DNA of 64,000 bases from an uncultured delta proteobacterium (GTDB taxonomy: Bacteria; Myxococcota_A; Polyangia; Polyangiales; Polyangiaceae): contig CAVQUB010000002.1 of NCBI GenBank assembly GCA_963716725.1, positions 128,001 through 192,000 on the forward strand, given 5' to 3'. Both the position numbers and the translations under genes were made by a program. The notes under the pieces were generated by a model. That model was given only the letters and a program-made list of their open reading frames with translations, was not told the DNA's origin and did not search any database. This document shows, piece by piece, positions 1-9,669 of the stretch. How positions within the stretch are numbered: the first letter of the stretch is position 1; each line of letters starts with the position of its first letter.

Positions 1-67
1 GCCCGAACGGCGGACGGTGATCCTCGTCCGGGCCCAAACCGCTGAAAAGAAAGAGGCCGCAGAGTGA
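1..67 (+). CDS. 3' end of upstream gene, probably the partner M16 peptidase subunit (partial)
   Basis: Open frame PERRTVILVRAQTAEKKEAAE* ends in a GTGA overlap with the next gene; M16 genes commonly occur as tandem pairs. Confidence 0.5.
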   Translation, partial: PERRTVILVRAQTAEKKEAAE

Positions 68-1371
68 GCGTGTCTGTCATGCACCTCGGATCGACCCCGG
101 TGATGCTCGAACCGAGCGCGGCTTTGCCGCTGGTGCACGTGAGCGCCAGCCTGCGAGTCGGGGCCCTCGAAGATCCGGAAGGCAAGGAGGGGCTCACGCG
201 CTTGGCCGCCAGGGCCATGCGGCGCACCGGGGGCGGTCTGAGTCAGCAAGAGCTCGACACTCGCATCGATTCCATGGGCGGCGCTTTGGGGGCCGACGTC
301 TCCCACAGCACGATCTCGTTCAACGGCACGGTGATCGAGCGCAACTTCGGCGCTTTCCTCGAGCTCTTGGTCGACGTCTTGGCGCACCCGGGCTTCGCCG
401 ACGAGGAGCTCGCGCTCTTGCGGCGGGAGACCGACGCGGAAATCATCGAGTCCCGGGACAACGACCGAGCCCTCGCGCGACGCTGGTTTCGGCGTCGGAT
501 GTTTGCCGGCCACCCCTACGCCCGCTCCGTGAGCGGACAGCGGGCCACCGTCTCGAAGATGACGACGGACGACGTGCAGGGCCTGCACCGCCGCACCTGG
601 ATCCGTGAGAACCTGGTTCTGAGCTTCTCCGGTGACCTGGACCAAGAGCGCGCCCGAGCCAGCGCCGAGCGCATCCTGGCAGCGCTTGGGCAAGGCCCGC
701 CGCTCCGCGGCAGCGTCGACGAGCCGAGCGGCCCGCGCGGCCGCAGCCTGGTGTTCGTCGACAAGCCCGAGCGCACGCAGACCCAGATCCTGATCGGCGG
801 CCTCGGCACGCGCCCCCACGACCTGGACCACGTCGCGCTTCACGTTGCCAACACCGTCTTGGGCGGCACCTTCACCGCGCGCCTGATGAACGAGGTGCGC
901 AGCAAGCGCGGCTGGTCCTACGGCGCTTACTCGAGTCTGCCCTACGATCGCCACCGGCAGGCGTTCAGCATGTGGACCTTCCCCAAGGCCAGCGACGCCG
1001 CCGCGTGCATCCGCCTGGAGCTCGATCTGCTCGCCGCCTGGTGCGATCGCGGCATCACGAAGCGCGAGCTCGCCTGGGCCAAGCGCTATCTGACGCGCAG
1101 CCACGCCTTCGCCATCGACACGGCGAGCAAGCGGGTGGGGCTGGCCCTCGACGCCCTGATCTACGACCTCCCGGCCGGCTACTATGACGACTACCTCGAC
1201 CACATCGCCGGGGTGACCCTCGAGGCCGCAAACGCGGCCATCCGCCAGCGCATCTCGCCCGAGAACCTGGTGATCGCCGTGGTCGGCACCGCCAGCGAGA
1301 TCGAGGCCGACGTGCGCGCCGCCATCCCCGACCTCGGGGCCCACGAAGTGGTCTCGTTCGACGCGGATTGA
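64..1371 (+). CDS. M16 (insulinase/pitrilysin) family peptidase, probably non-catalytic subunit
   Basis: DPEGKEGL N-terminal motif and LGGTFTARLMNEVRSKRGWSYG C-terminal motif; HxxEH zinc motif absent (RLAAR). Confidence 0.85.
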   Translation: MSVSVMHLGSTPVMLEPSAALPLVHVSASLRVGALEDPEGKEGLTRLAARAMRRTGGGLSQQELDTRIDSMGGALGADVSHSTISFNGTVIERNFGAFLELLVDVLAHPGFADEELALLRRETDAEIIESRDNDRALARRWFRRRMFAGHPYARSVSGQRATVSKMTTDDVQGLHRRTWIRENLVLSFSGDLDQERARASAERILAALGQGPPLRGSVDEPSGPRGRSLVFVDKPERTQTQILIGGLGTRPHDLDHVALHVANTVLGGTFTARLMNEVRSKRGWSYGAYSSLPYDRHRQAFSMWTFPKASDAAACIRLELDLLAAWCDRGITKRELAWAKRYLTRSHAFAIDTASKRVGLALDALIYDLPAGYYDDYLDHIAGVTLEAANAAIRQRISPENLVIAVVGTASEIEADVRAAIPDLGAHEVVSFDAD

Positions 1372-1378
1372 GGCGGGC

Positions 1379-2038
1379 TCAGAACCAGCCCAAGAGCCCG
1401 ACCTGGATCCCGAACGACCGGTACCTGAGCTTGCAGCTCTCGTCGTTGTTCGGACCGCCGCACTCCTGCTTGCCCATGAAGTCCATGTCGAAGGTCGGAC
1501 CGAGCATGAACGCGAAGTGCGGCGCCGGCGAAATGGTGAACATGCCTTCGAGCGTCAGCGCCAAGCCCCACTGATTGTTGCTGTCTCCGTCGGGGTCGAG
1601 GCTGTGATAGGTGAAGCCGCCGCGCGGCCAGATGCCGAAGGTGTCGCTGAAGCCGTGGAAGTAGCCGACCCGCGGCGCGAGCAGGAACGACTCGAAATCC
1701 CCACTCGGGCCGTCGTCCTCGTCGTCCACGCTGGCGTAGCCGAGCGCACCGCCAATGCTGAGCTGGTCAGTCAGGAAGTAGTCGAAGCCGAGTCGGGCCA
1801 TGTTGAACGGAAACTGGTAGCCGACTCCGCCCCAGCCGAAGCCGAGCCCCGATTGGTCCCAGTCGCTCTCGTCCCCATTCGGTGCTTCGAAGGCCAGGTT
1901 CGATTTGTAGAACGAGAACAAGCGCTCGGCGCCGAAGGCCACGGTACCGGACCTACCGATGGACTCGGCCTGGGCGAACGCCGCGCTCGCGCCAAAGGTC
2001 ACCAGAGAGAACGCCAGAACACCAATGGATCTACGCAT
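1379..2038 (-). CDS. Outer-membrane beta-barrel protein
   Basis: Signal peptide (AFA-Q), alternating amphipathic strands, C-terminal WF; GGAGGT SD before ATG 2038. Confidence 0.75.
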   Translation of the reverse strand: MRRSIGVLAFSLVTFGASAAFAQAESIGRSGTVAFGAERLFSFYKSNLAFEAPNGDESDWDQSGLGFGWGGVGYQFPFNMARLGFDYFLTDQLSIGGALGYASVDDEDDGPSGDFESFLLAPRVGYFHGFSDTFGIWPRGGFTYHSLDPDGDSNNQWGLALTLEGMFTISPAPHFAFMLGPTFDMDFMGKQECGGPNNDESCKLRYRSFGIQVGLLGWF

Positions 2039-2056
2039 GACCACCTCCGCTTTCTT

Positions 2057-3790
2057 TCATCCGAGCCCGACTCGATCTGCGACGTCGTCCGCGAGGGCCT
2101 GGGCCGCTCGGAGCGCCTCTTCTTCTTTGGCCGACACGCGCTCCGACGCGGCGAGCGGCACACGCAGGTCGACGTAGATCTTGAGCTTGGGCTCGGTGCC
2201 GCTGGGGCGGACCAGCACGCGCCCGCCGCCTTCGAGGTCCAGCGCGATCAGGCTGGTGGCCGGCAGCCACCGCGGGCGCGCCTCGGCCCCTGAGCGAAAG
2301 TCGGTGACCCGAGTGACGCGCACCCCGCCCACGGTCTCGGGTGGAGCGTCCTTCAGCCTTTGCATGGCCTGCTCGATTTCGGCCAGGCCGTCGCTACCGG
2401 GACGCGTGATGCTCTTCTGCAGGCTGACCCAGAGCCCGTGCTTGCGGTAGAGGTCGTCGAGGCGCTCACCGAGCCCCCGCCCCCGGGTTTTTTCGTAGGC
2501 CGCGAGATCGGCCAAGAGCAGCGCAGCGCTGATGCCGTCTTTGTCGCGCACGATTCGTCCCACGGAGTAGCCGAGGGCCTCCTCGTAACCGAAGGCGAAG
2601 CGCACACCGGCCTGCGCCTCGAGATCGAGCGCGGCGTTCCAGATCCATTTGAACCCGGTCAGCGTCTGCTCGAAGCGTGCGCCCCGCGCCTCGGCGATGG
2701 CGCCGAGCATGGGGGACGACACGATGCTGGACGCAACCAGAGGTCGGGGCGCCGCCAACGCGTGTTCGAGCATGAAGTCCGCCAGCAGAAGCCCAACCTG
2801 ATTCCCGGTGAGCTGACGGAAGCGGCCCGTCGCGGTCGGGATGCAGGCCGCCAGGCGATCGGCGTCCGGGTCGTTGGCCAGGATCAGATCCGCTTTCTGC
2901 TCGTCGGCCAGCTTCATGGCCAGATCGAGGGCGCCGGGCTCCTCTGGGTTCGGGAAGTTGACGGTTGGGAAGCGACCGTCGGGCTCCGCTTGTTCGGGCA
3001 CGACGTGCACGTTGGGGTAGCCGGAACGCTCGAAGGTCTGCCGCACGTAGCGCCAGCCCACACCGTGCATCGGCGTATAGACGATGCAGAGCTGCTGATC
3101 GCGCTCCACCCGCGGTCGGACCGCGTCGACCTCGGCCAAGTAGCGGTCGAAGAACGCGGACGAGACGCGCTCGGCCTTGGCATGCGATCCGCCCATGGCG
3201 CCAGCAACCAGCGGGACATCCTTGGCGCTCTTGACGGCGGCGATGCGCGCCGAGATCTCCTGGTCGACGGGCGATACGATCTGCGCCGCGTTGGCGGCGT
3301 AGACCTTGTAGCCGTTGTACTCCGGCGGGTTGTGACTGGCGGTGATCACAATCGCCGCGTTGGCCGAGAGCTCCCGAGCGGCGTGAGCCACCAGCGGTGT
3401 CGGCGCCGGATCTTCGAAGAACCGCACGGGGATGCCCGCCGCAACCAGCACGCCCACGGCGTCCTCGGCGAAGCGCCGACTCGAGAGCCGCCCATCGAAA
3501 CCCACCACCACCGGCAGAGTGCGCGGATCGGTGTTCTTCGCGAGGATGTACTCCGCGAGCCCGCGCGTGGCGCGGATCACCACCGCGCGGTTCATGCGCC
3601 CGAGGCCCGCGCCGACGATGCCGCGCAGCCCCGCCGTGCCGAACTCCAGAGGCGCGAGCATGCGTTCGCGGAGCTCGGCGTGGTCGCCCGAAGCGATCAG
3701 CGCCTCGAGCTCGGCCACCGTCTCGGGATCGGGATCCTGTGAAATCCACGCACGAGCGGCCTCGATGATCGCGTCGGGTCCTGGCTCCAT
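2057..3790 (-). CDS. Phosphoglucomutase/phosphomannomutase family protein
   Basis: FGTAGLRG, TASHNP (catalytic Ser), DPDADR, GYEEA and RPSGTEPK motifs. Confidence 0.93.
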   Translation of the reverse strand: MEPGPDAIIEAARAWISQDPDPETVAELEALIASGDHAELRERMLAPLEFGTAGLRGIVGAGLGRMNRAVVIRATRGLAEYILAKNTDPRTLPVVVGFDGRLSSRRFAEDAVGVLVAAGIPVRFFEDPAPTPLVAHAARELSANAAIVITASHNPPEYNGYKVYAANAAQIVSPVDQEISARIAAVKSAKDVPLVAGAMGGSHAKAERVSSAFFDRYLAEVDAVRPRVERDQQLCIVYTPMHGVGWRYVRQTFERSGYPNVHVVPEQAEPDGRFPTVNFPNPEEPGALDLAMKLADEQKADLILANDPDADRLAACIPTATGRFRQLTGNQVGLLLADFMLEHALAAPRPLVASSIVSSPMLGAIAEARGARFEQTLTGFKWIWNAALDLEAQAGVRFAFGYEEALGYSVGRIVRDKDGISAALLLADLAAYEKTRGRGLGERLDDLYRKHGLWVSLQKSITRPGSDGLAEIEQAMQRLKDAPPETVGGVRVTRVTDFRSGAEARPRWLPATSLIALDLEGGGRVLVRPSGTEPKLKIYVDLRVPLAASERVSAKEEEALRAAQALADDVADRVGLG

Positions 3791-3870
3791 GGCGCGAGCA
3801 TAGTGGCAAGCGTGCCGCGCGAGAAGGTTCGGCTCTCGGCCCGTCGGCCCGAGACTGATGCCTGAAGCCC

Positions 3871-5064
3871 TCAGCCGCGGCGCGCGCGCACCAGATCGCC
3901 GCTCAAGGCGAGCTGGCCACAGGCAGCAGAGACGTCGTCTCCGCGCCGGGTCCGCACGAAACACGAAAGTCCGGATTGGGCCAGCACGCCTCGAAACTCG
4001 TCGATGCGCGCAGGCGCCGGCGCGCGGTGGGGCGACGCCACGATGGAGTTCATCGCGATCAGGTTCACCTTGACCCGCAGCCCGTGCAGCAGGCGGACCA
4101 GCGCTCGCGCTTGCTCGAGGGAGTCGTTCACTCCGGCGATCAGCGTGTACTCGATGGTGATGCGCCGACGTCGCGGCAGCGGATAGCGTCGCAGGCTCTC
4201 GATCAGCTGCGAGATGGGGTAGCGTCGGTTCACCGGCACGATGCGGCTGCGCGTGGCGTCGTCCGGAGCATGGAGCGAGATCGCGAGGCCGATCTTGCCG
4301 TCGAAGTCTTCACCCAAGCGTCGGATACCCGAGGTGAGCCCCACCGTGCTGACGGTGATGCGCCGCGGTCCCATGTTCAGTCCATCGCGATGGTTGAGCA
4401 GTCGGATCGCCCGCGCCGTCTCCTCGTAATGGTGCAGCGGCTCGCCCATGCCCATGAACACGACGTTCCGCAGGTATTCCCGCGGCTCGAGGTAGGTTCG
4501 CGCGAGCAAGACCTGGCTCACGATCTCGGCGGCGCTCAGGCCACGAACCAGGCCGGCCTTGCCGCTGGCGCAGAACACGCAGCCCATGGCGCAGCCGACC
4601 TGCGTGGACACGCACAGAGTGACCCGCTCCCGGGGCTCCTCCTCCTCGGCTTCCGACTCGTCGCCCTCGTCCTCCACCGCTGTGCCTGCGTCCGCATCGG
4701 AGGTGTCCGTCATGGGGATCAGCACGCACTCGACGCGGGCCCCACCGGCGAGCTCGAGCACGAGCTTTCTGGTCGTGTCTGCGGCTCGGTGCACTTGGCC
4801 TACGGTCGCAGGAGGCGAAAACCCGCTCTCGGCGAGCCGTCCGCGGAGCTCGGCCGAAAGCTCGGTGATCTGCGCCGGGTCGAGCACGCCGCGAGCGTGG
4901 ATGGCCCGGAAGATTTGCTCGGCTCGGTAGGCACGCTCACCCAGCTTCGCGATCACCTCCTGCCACTCGACAGGCATGCGCGCGACCGGATGAATGTCCT
5001 CGGGACCACTCGCTCCGGTGACTCCGCCTTCGGCGCGCGCAGCAACTTCGTTTCCTCGATTCAT
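3871..5064 (-). CDS. rlmN: 23S rRNA (A2503-C2)-methyltransferase RlmN
   Basis: Radical SAM CxxxCxxC (CAMGCVFC), MGMGEP, C-terminal AACGQL. Confidence 0.95.
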   Translation of the reverse strand: MNRGNEVAARAEGGVTGASGPEDIHPVARMPVEWQEVIAKLGERAYRAEQIFRAIHARGVLDPAQITELSAELRGRLAESGFSPPATVGQVHRAADTTRKLVLELAGGARVECVLIPMTDTSDADAGTAVEDEGDESEAEEEEPRERVTLCVSTQVGCAMGCVFCASGKAGLVRGLSAAEIVSQVLLARTYLEPREYLRNVVFMGMGEPLHHYEETARAIRLLNHRDGLNMGPRRITVSTVGLTSGIRRLGEDFDGKIGLAISLHAPDDATRSRIVPVNRRYPISQLIESLRRYPLPRRRRITIEYTLIAGVNDSLEQARALVRLLHGLRVKVNLIAMNSIVASPHRAPAPARIDEFRGVLAQSGLSCFVRTRRGDDVSAACGQLALSGDLVRARRG

Positions 5065-5897
5065 GAGCCGCCTCGCTTGGCTTCTTCCCAGTACCCGTCG
5101 AGCTCTTCCAATGAAAGCCCGCGCCCCGGCTTGCCGTCTTCGCCCTTGGGCCAGGCCCCGTGGGCGCCTCGCACCCGCGCCTCGACGTGCCCGAAACGTT
5201 CTCGGAAGCGATCGCCGGCCTTTCGCAGCGCCGCTTCTGCGTCCACCTCCTGGTGACGCGCCAGGTTGACCAAGGCAAACAACAAATCCCCGAGTTCGTG
5301 CTCGATGCGCTCGGAGTCGCCGCTCTCGATGGCCTCATCGAGCTCGCCGACTTCTTCGTCGACCTTCTGTCGGGAGCCAGACGGGTCGGGCCAGTCGAAA
5401 CCCACGCGGCTCACCTTCTCGCTCATGCTCTGGGCGCGAAGCAGCGCGGGCAGCGATCGAGGTACGCCGTCCAGGAGGCCACGCCCCTGCTTTTCGTCGG
5501 CCTTGATCGCCTCCCAGTTTCGAAGCACCTCGTCCGATCCGCTGACCTCGAGATCCCCGAATACGTGGGGGTGTCGGCGCACGAGCTTGTCCACCACACC
5601 ACGGACCACGTCATCTGGACCGAACTGACCCTCGCGCCGGAGTAGCTCGGCCAGGAACACCACTTGCAGCGCCAAGTCGCCGAGCTCCTCCACGAGCTGA
5701 CTTCGATCGCCGGCGTCGATGGCGTCGATGACCTCGCAGGCTTCTTCGAGCACGTATCGACGCACCGACGCAAAGGTCTGCTCGCGATCCCATGGACAGC
5801 CTTCCGGCGAAAGGAGCCGCTGCATGATGGCGACCAGGCTGGGGAAGGTCTGACCTCGTTGCTCGGCGAGGGGCAGCGGGTCCGGGACGTCGGTCAT
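5061..5897 (-). CDS. mazG: Nucleoside triphosphate pyrophosphohydrolase MazG
   Basis: GCPWDREQT, EELGDL, RRHPHVF, GFDW and ELGDLLF motifs; true start ATG 5897 (the ORF-track extension is antisense to the next gene). Confidence 0.93.
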   Translation of the reverse strand: MTDVPDPLPLAEQRGQTFPSLVAIMQRLLSPEGCPWDREQTFASVRRYVLEEACEVIDAIDAGDRSQLVEELGDLALQVVFLAELLRREGQFGPDDVVRGVVDKLVRRHPHVFGDLEVSGSDEVLRNWEAIKADEKQGRGLLDGVPRSLPALLRAQSMSEKVSRVGFDWPDPSGSRQKVDEEVGELDEAIESGDSERIEHELGDLLFALVNLARHQEVDAEAALRKAGDRFRERFGHVEARVRGAHGAWPKGEDGKPGRGLSLEELDGYWEEAKRGGS

Positions 5898-5958
5898 CTT
5901 GGCGGGGGCCTTTAATTCACGGGGGAGCTTCGGGCAACCCCGGCTAGACTCGCCGGCC

Positions 5959-6738
5959 ATGGAACCCGTGCTTCTGGTGGAGCGCCACGACGCCGTCGCC
6001 ACCCTCACCTTGAACCGTCCCGGCACGAAAAACGCGCTGACCCGCGAGCTCGTCACGGCATTGGGTCGGGTGTTGCTCGAAGTCGAGGCCGACGAGGCCG
6101 TCCGCGCCGTCGTCCTGACTGGAGCCGGCGGCTCTTTCTGTTCCGGGGCAGATCTGAAGGCCGGGATGGCTGACTTCGGCGAGGTCAGTGTCGAGACGCG
6201 CGTCGACGAGTTCCACGCGGTGATCCGGGCCATCGCCCACGGTACCAAGCCCTTCGTCGCCCAGATCGACGGCCCGGCGGTGGGCTTCGGGGCCGATCTC
6301 GCGCTGGCCTGCGATCTGCGTGTGATGTCGACGCGCGCGTACCTCCAAGAGAAGTTCGTCAAGATCGGCCTGATGCCCGACGGCGGCGGCACCTTCTGGT
6401 TGCCCCGCCTGATCGGCATCGGCCGCGCTCTCGAGTACCTCATGCTTGGCGAGCGTATCGACGCCAGCTTGGCGTTGGAGCTCGGTCTGACCAATCGCGT
6501 CGTCGATCTGGACGCGCTCGCTCCCTCCGCCCGCGCCCTGGCGGACGCTTTGGCCAAGGGCCCACCCCTGGCCCTCGCACAGATCCGCGCCGCGGTCCGC
6601 CAGAGCTTCGGCGGCACCATCGACGACGCGCTGGCACGAGAGAAGACCGGGCAGGTCGGACTGCTGGCGTCCAGCGATCTGATCGAGGGCGTGCTGGCCT
6701 GGTCGCAACGGCGCGCGCCGGAATTCAAGGGACGCTAG
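5959..6738 (+). CDS. Enoyl-CoA hydratase/isomerase family protein (PaaG-like)
   Basis: TLNRP..KNAL, FCSGADL, GPAVGFG..LALACDLR, GLMPDGG. Confidence 0.9.
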   Translation: MEPVLLVERHDAVATLTLNRPGTKNALTRELVTALGRVLLEVEADEAVRAVVLTGAGGSFCSGADLKAGMADFGEVSVETRVDEFHAVIRAIAHGTKPFVAQIDGPAVGFGADLALACDLRVMSTRAYLQEKFVKIGLMPDGGGTFWLPRLIGIGRALEYLMLGERIDASLALELGLTNRVVDLDALAPSARALADALAKGPPLALAQIRAAVRQSFGGTIDDALAREKTGQVGLLASSDLIEGVLAWSQRRAPEFKGR

Positions 6739-6760
6739 CGCGCGGGCGCTCTGCAGGCCC

Positions 6761-7729
6761 TCAGAACAGATAGCGCTCGCCCGAGTCGCAGACGATGGTC
6801 ACGACATGGCCGCCGGGGAGTCCGGCCGCGATCTCGCAGGCCGCGTGCACGTTGGCGCCGGAACTCGGGCCGACCAGCAGGCCTTCTTCGCGGGCCATGC
6901 GCCGGGCCATCCGCTCCGCCGCCACGTCGCTGACCGTCACGACCTGGTCCACCACGCTGCGGTCGAGGATCTCCGGAACGAAGCCCGCGCCGAGCCCCTG
7001 GATGCCGTGCATGCCGGGCGGTTTTCCGCTCAGCACAGCGCTCGATTGGGGCTCCACGGCGATGATCCTGACGGACTCGAGCTCCGCCTTGAGCACGCGT
7101 CCTACGCCGGAGACCGTACCCCCGGTCCCGACTCCCGCCACGAAGGCCGTGAGTCCGCGATCCGTCTGTTCCAAGATCTCGAGCGCGGTGGTCGCGGCGT
7201 GACTCGCCGGATTGTCCGGGTTGTCGAACTGGCTGGGCATGAACGCACCCGGGGTCTCCCGGAGCAGCGCCTGCGCCTTCTGCACCGCGCCACTCATGCC
7301 ATCGAGGGCTGGGGTGAGCACGATCTCGGCGCCGTAGGCCCGGAGGATGTAGCGGCGTTCGAGGCTCATGTCCTCGGGCATCACCAGCACGCAGCGATAG
7401 CCGCGCACGGCGGCGATCATCGCGAGACTGATGCCGGTGTTGCCGCTCGTCGCCTCGACCAAGGTGGCGCCTGGCGCGATCTTGCCGCTCCGTTCCGCGC
7501 CGATCACCATGCCGAGAGCAGGACGATCTTTGACGCTGCCCGCCGGGTTCATCAGCTCGCACTTGGCCCAGACCGCGGCGCCGCCTTCGGGGCTGACCCG
7601 GCCGAGCCTCAGCAGCGGCGTTGCGCCCACGAGCCCGAGCACGTCGTCGGCGACTCGGAACCCGCTCTTGGTTCTGCGTGCTGCCTTCGGCCCGCACGGC
7701 CCGTCGGACTTCTTCGACCGATCCGCCAT
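6761..7729 (-). CDS. cysK: Cysteine synthase A
   Basis: NPAGSVKDR (PLP Lys), EATSGNTG, GVGTGGT, IQGLG, DSGERY. Confidence 0.93.
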   Translation of the reverse strand: MADRSKKSDGPCGPKAARRTKSGFRVADDVLGLVGATPLLRLGRVSPEGGAAVWAKCELMNPAGSVKDRPALGMVIGAERSGKIAPGATLVEATSGNTGISLAMIAAVRGYRCVLVMPEDMSLERRYILRAYGAEIVLTPALDGMSGAVQKAQALLRETPGAFMPSQFDNPDNPASHAATTALEILEQTDRGLTAFVAGVGTGGTVSGVGRVLKAELESVRIIAVEPQSSAVLSGKPPGMHGIQGLGAGFVPEILDRSVVDQVVTVSDVAAERMARRMAREEGLLVGPSSGANVHAACEIAAGLPGGHVVTIVCDSGERYLF

Positions 7730-7768
7730 CGAAGGCACGCTACCTCAAGGGCCAAGCATCGGCGAGGC

Positions 7769-8689
7769 TCATGCCTCGGGCCGTGGCACGACCCGGGCCG
7801 ACGCGCCATCGACTTGAAGCGGCTCGTTGCCCTCGGCAGCAGCGCCGAGGACACGCGCCAGCGCGACCACCGTCGACAGCCGCTCGCTGGTGCAGGCCGT
7901 GGTCACCTCCCCCACGTCGCTTCCGTCACGTGCGCGGAGCACCCGAGCCCCCCGCGCGGGCGCGTCTCGGCCGTCGATGATCAGAGACACGAGGCGACGC
8001 TTCACCGTTCCCCGCATGCCTTGCATGCAGACCACCTCTTGGCCGAGGTAACAGCCCTTGGTCCAGCAGATCGCCCGTTGATCCAGGGCCGCCTCGTGGG
8101 GATTGTCCTCCGGTCCAAAGTCCACGCCATGCACGCCGACGCCACGTTCGAGTCGGAACCGCGTCCAATCGTCGGCCGTCGCCCGGACCATGTCGGGGCT
8201 CGCCTCACGGACCGCCTCGAGCGCGGCGTCGATTTTCGTCGTTTCAACGACCAGCGCCGCGCCGCCGAGCCCGGACCAATCGATGCTGCCCGACGCCCCA
8301 GCCACGCGCTGCCGCGCGTGCTCGGCCGCCGCCGCCGCCCGGGGCCCATGCAGCATGAGCCAGGTGTGACTCGCGGAGCGGTCCTCGATCTCGGCGTCTT
8401 CCATCACCAACATCTGGTCGAAGGTCCGGAGCAACGCCAAGTGGGTGCCGGCTGCCGTGGAAATGAAGGACTGATCGGCGCTGGCAACGAACGAGAGATC
8501 GCTCACGATCTTGCCGGTCTTGCTCAAGATCAAGCCGAACACGCCGTGCTCGGGTCGAAGGCCGACCAGGCTGCTGGTGACGATCCCGTCGAGCCACCCG
8601 ATTCGGTCGGGACCGCTCACGACCAGGGTTCCTCGCTCGGCCTCGGTCACCACGAGGACGGCAGACCGGGCAGCTTCGTCCGCGTTCAT
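7769..8689 (-). CDS. ygfZ: Folate-binding Fe/S repair protein YgfZ family
   Basis: KGCYLGQE signature, GcvT-like N-terminus. Confidence 0.88.
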   Translation of the reverse strand: MNADEAARSAVLVVTEAERGTLVVSGPDRIGWLDGIVTSSLVGLRPEHGVFGLILSKTGKIVSDLSFVASADQSFISTAAGTHLALLRTFDQMLVMEDAEIEDRSASHTWLMLHGPRAAAAAEHARQRVAGASGSIDWSGLGGAALVVETTKIDAALEAVREASPDMVRATADDWTRFRLERGVGVHGVDFGPEDNPHEAALDQRAICWTKGCYLGQEVVCMQGMRGTVKRRLVSLIIDGRDAPARGARVLRARDGSDVGEVTTACTSERLSTVVALARVLGAAAEGNEPLQVDGASARVVPRPEA

Positions 8690-9492
8690 TCGAGAGGGAT
8701 GTCGTCGTCGACCCTCGGGTAGACGGGCCCGTCCTTGAGACTCACGTCGTTGGTGGCGCCGTCCGGCTTCTTCACCGTCAACGTGACGCCGGCAGGAGAG
8801 TGGGCGTTGATCAGGCTCCGCGCCTCGGCTTCTTCCAGCGTCTTGACCTCCTTGCCCTGGATACGGACCACTTGGTCACCCGAGCGCAAGCCGGCTCGGG
8901 CCGCCGGGGATTCGAGCGCTACGCGGGTCAGGTACACGCTCTGGGTGCGGAACTCGTAGTGCATCCCGAGCCCGATGCGCGCGTGCGCCGGCTCGGTGAC
9001 CAGCGACATCTTGGCACCGCTCTCGCACTCGAGGTCGATCCATCCGGAGCGCGCTTCGCTGGCAAAGGAGCGCAGAACCTTGACGCAGATCGGGTGGTTG
9101 TTGATCGGATTCGAGTCCCAAAGCTCGACGCGAACGCTCGCCCCTTTTTGCACGCGGTAGTTGGCGCGCGGCGCGTCGGGCCAAGTGGGCGACAGGGTAT
9201 TGGGCTGGATGGGGGTGCGGAACAGCTCGCTGTCGCCAACGAACACCTTGACGAAGGGATCTGGCGCCGCGCCCCCGACCGCGTCCCATTTGCGCCCGTC
9301 GCGGGTCGTCTCCGGAATCGTCGCGCTCTTCATACGGATGAAGAACAGGTCGTCCGGTGGCGGCGGCGACAGCGTTTGGCCGGGAGCGACCGGACGAGTC
9401 GGAGTGGCCACTTCGGGGTAGACGGCGGCGCACGCGACGGACATTCCGCCGACCGCGGCGAGCACGAGCGAGCACCAGCGAGTTCGCAGCAT
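8686..9492 (-). CDS. Lipoprotein with C2-like and C-terminal PDZ domains
   Basis: Lipobox SVAC; PDPFVKV...RT.IQPNTLSPTW (C2-like); SPAARAGLRSGDQVVRIQG (PDZ). Confidence 0.75.
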   Translation of the reverse strand: MLRTRWCSLVLAAVGGMSVACAAVYPEVATPTRPVAPGQTLSPPPPDDLFFIRMKSATIPETTRDGRKWDAVGGAAPDPFVKVFVGDSELFRTPIQPNTLSPTWPDAPRANYRVQKGASVRVELWDSNPINNHPICVKVLRSFASEARSGWIDLECESGAKMSLVTEPAHARIGLGMHYEFRTQSVYLTRVALESPAARAGLRSGDQVVRIQGKEVKTLEEAEARSLINAHSPAGVTLTVKKPDGATNDVSLKDGPVYPRVDDDIPLE

Positions 9493-9669
9493 CTTGGGCG
9501 CGCAGGCTACCACACCCGACCAGCGGCCCGTCGGAAGCGAACCGGAGCGCGCGCGACGCGTGGGCCGGCGACGCGGGCTTTCGGCCCCTAGGCCGGTGCG
9601 CGGCGCCGCTGCGCAAAGGAAAGTATGACAAGCGCCTCCGGACGTCCCATGCTTGGATCGCAAGGCGCC

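Noticed and set aside
5061..6728. 555-aa extended MazG
   Set aside because: The extension overlaps the divergent hydratase gene on the other strand; MazG homology starts near 5897
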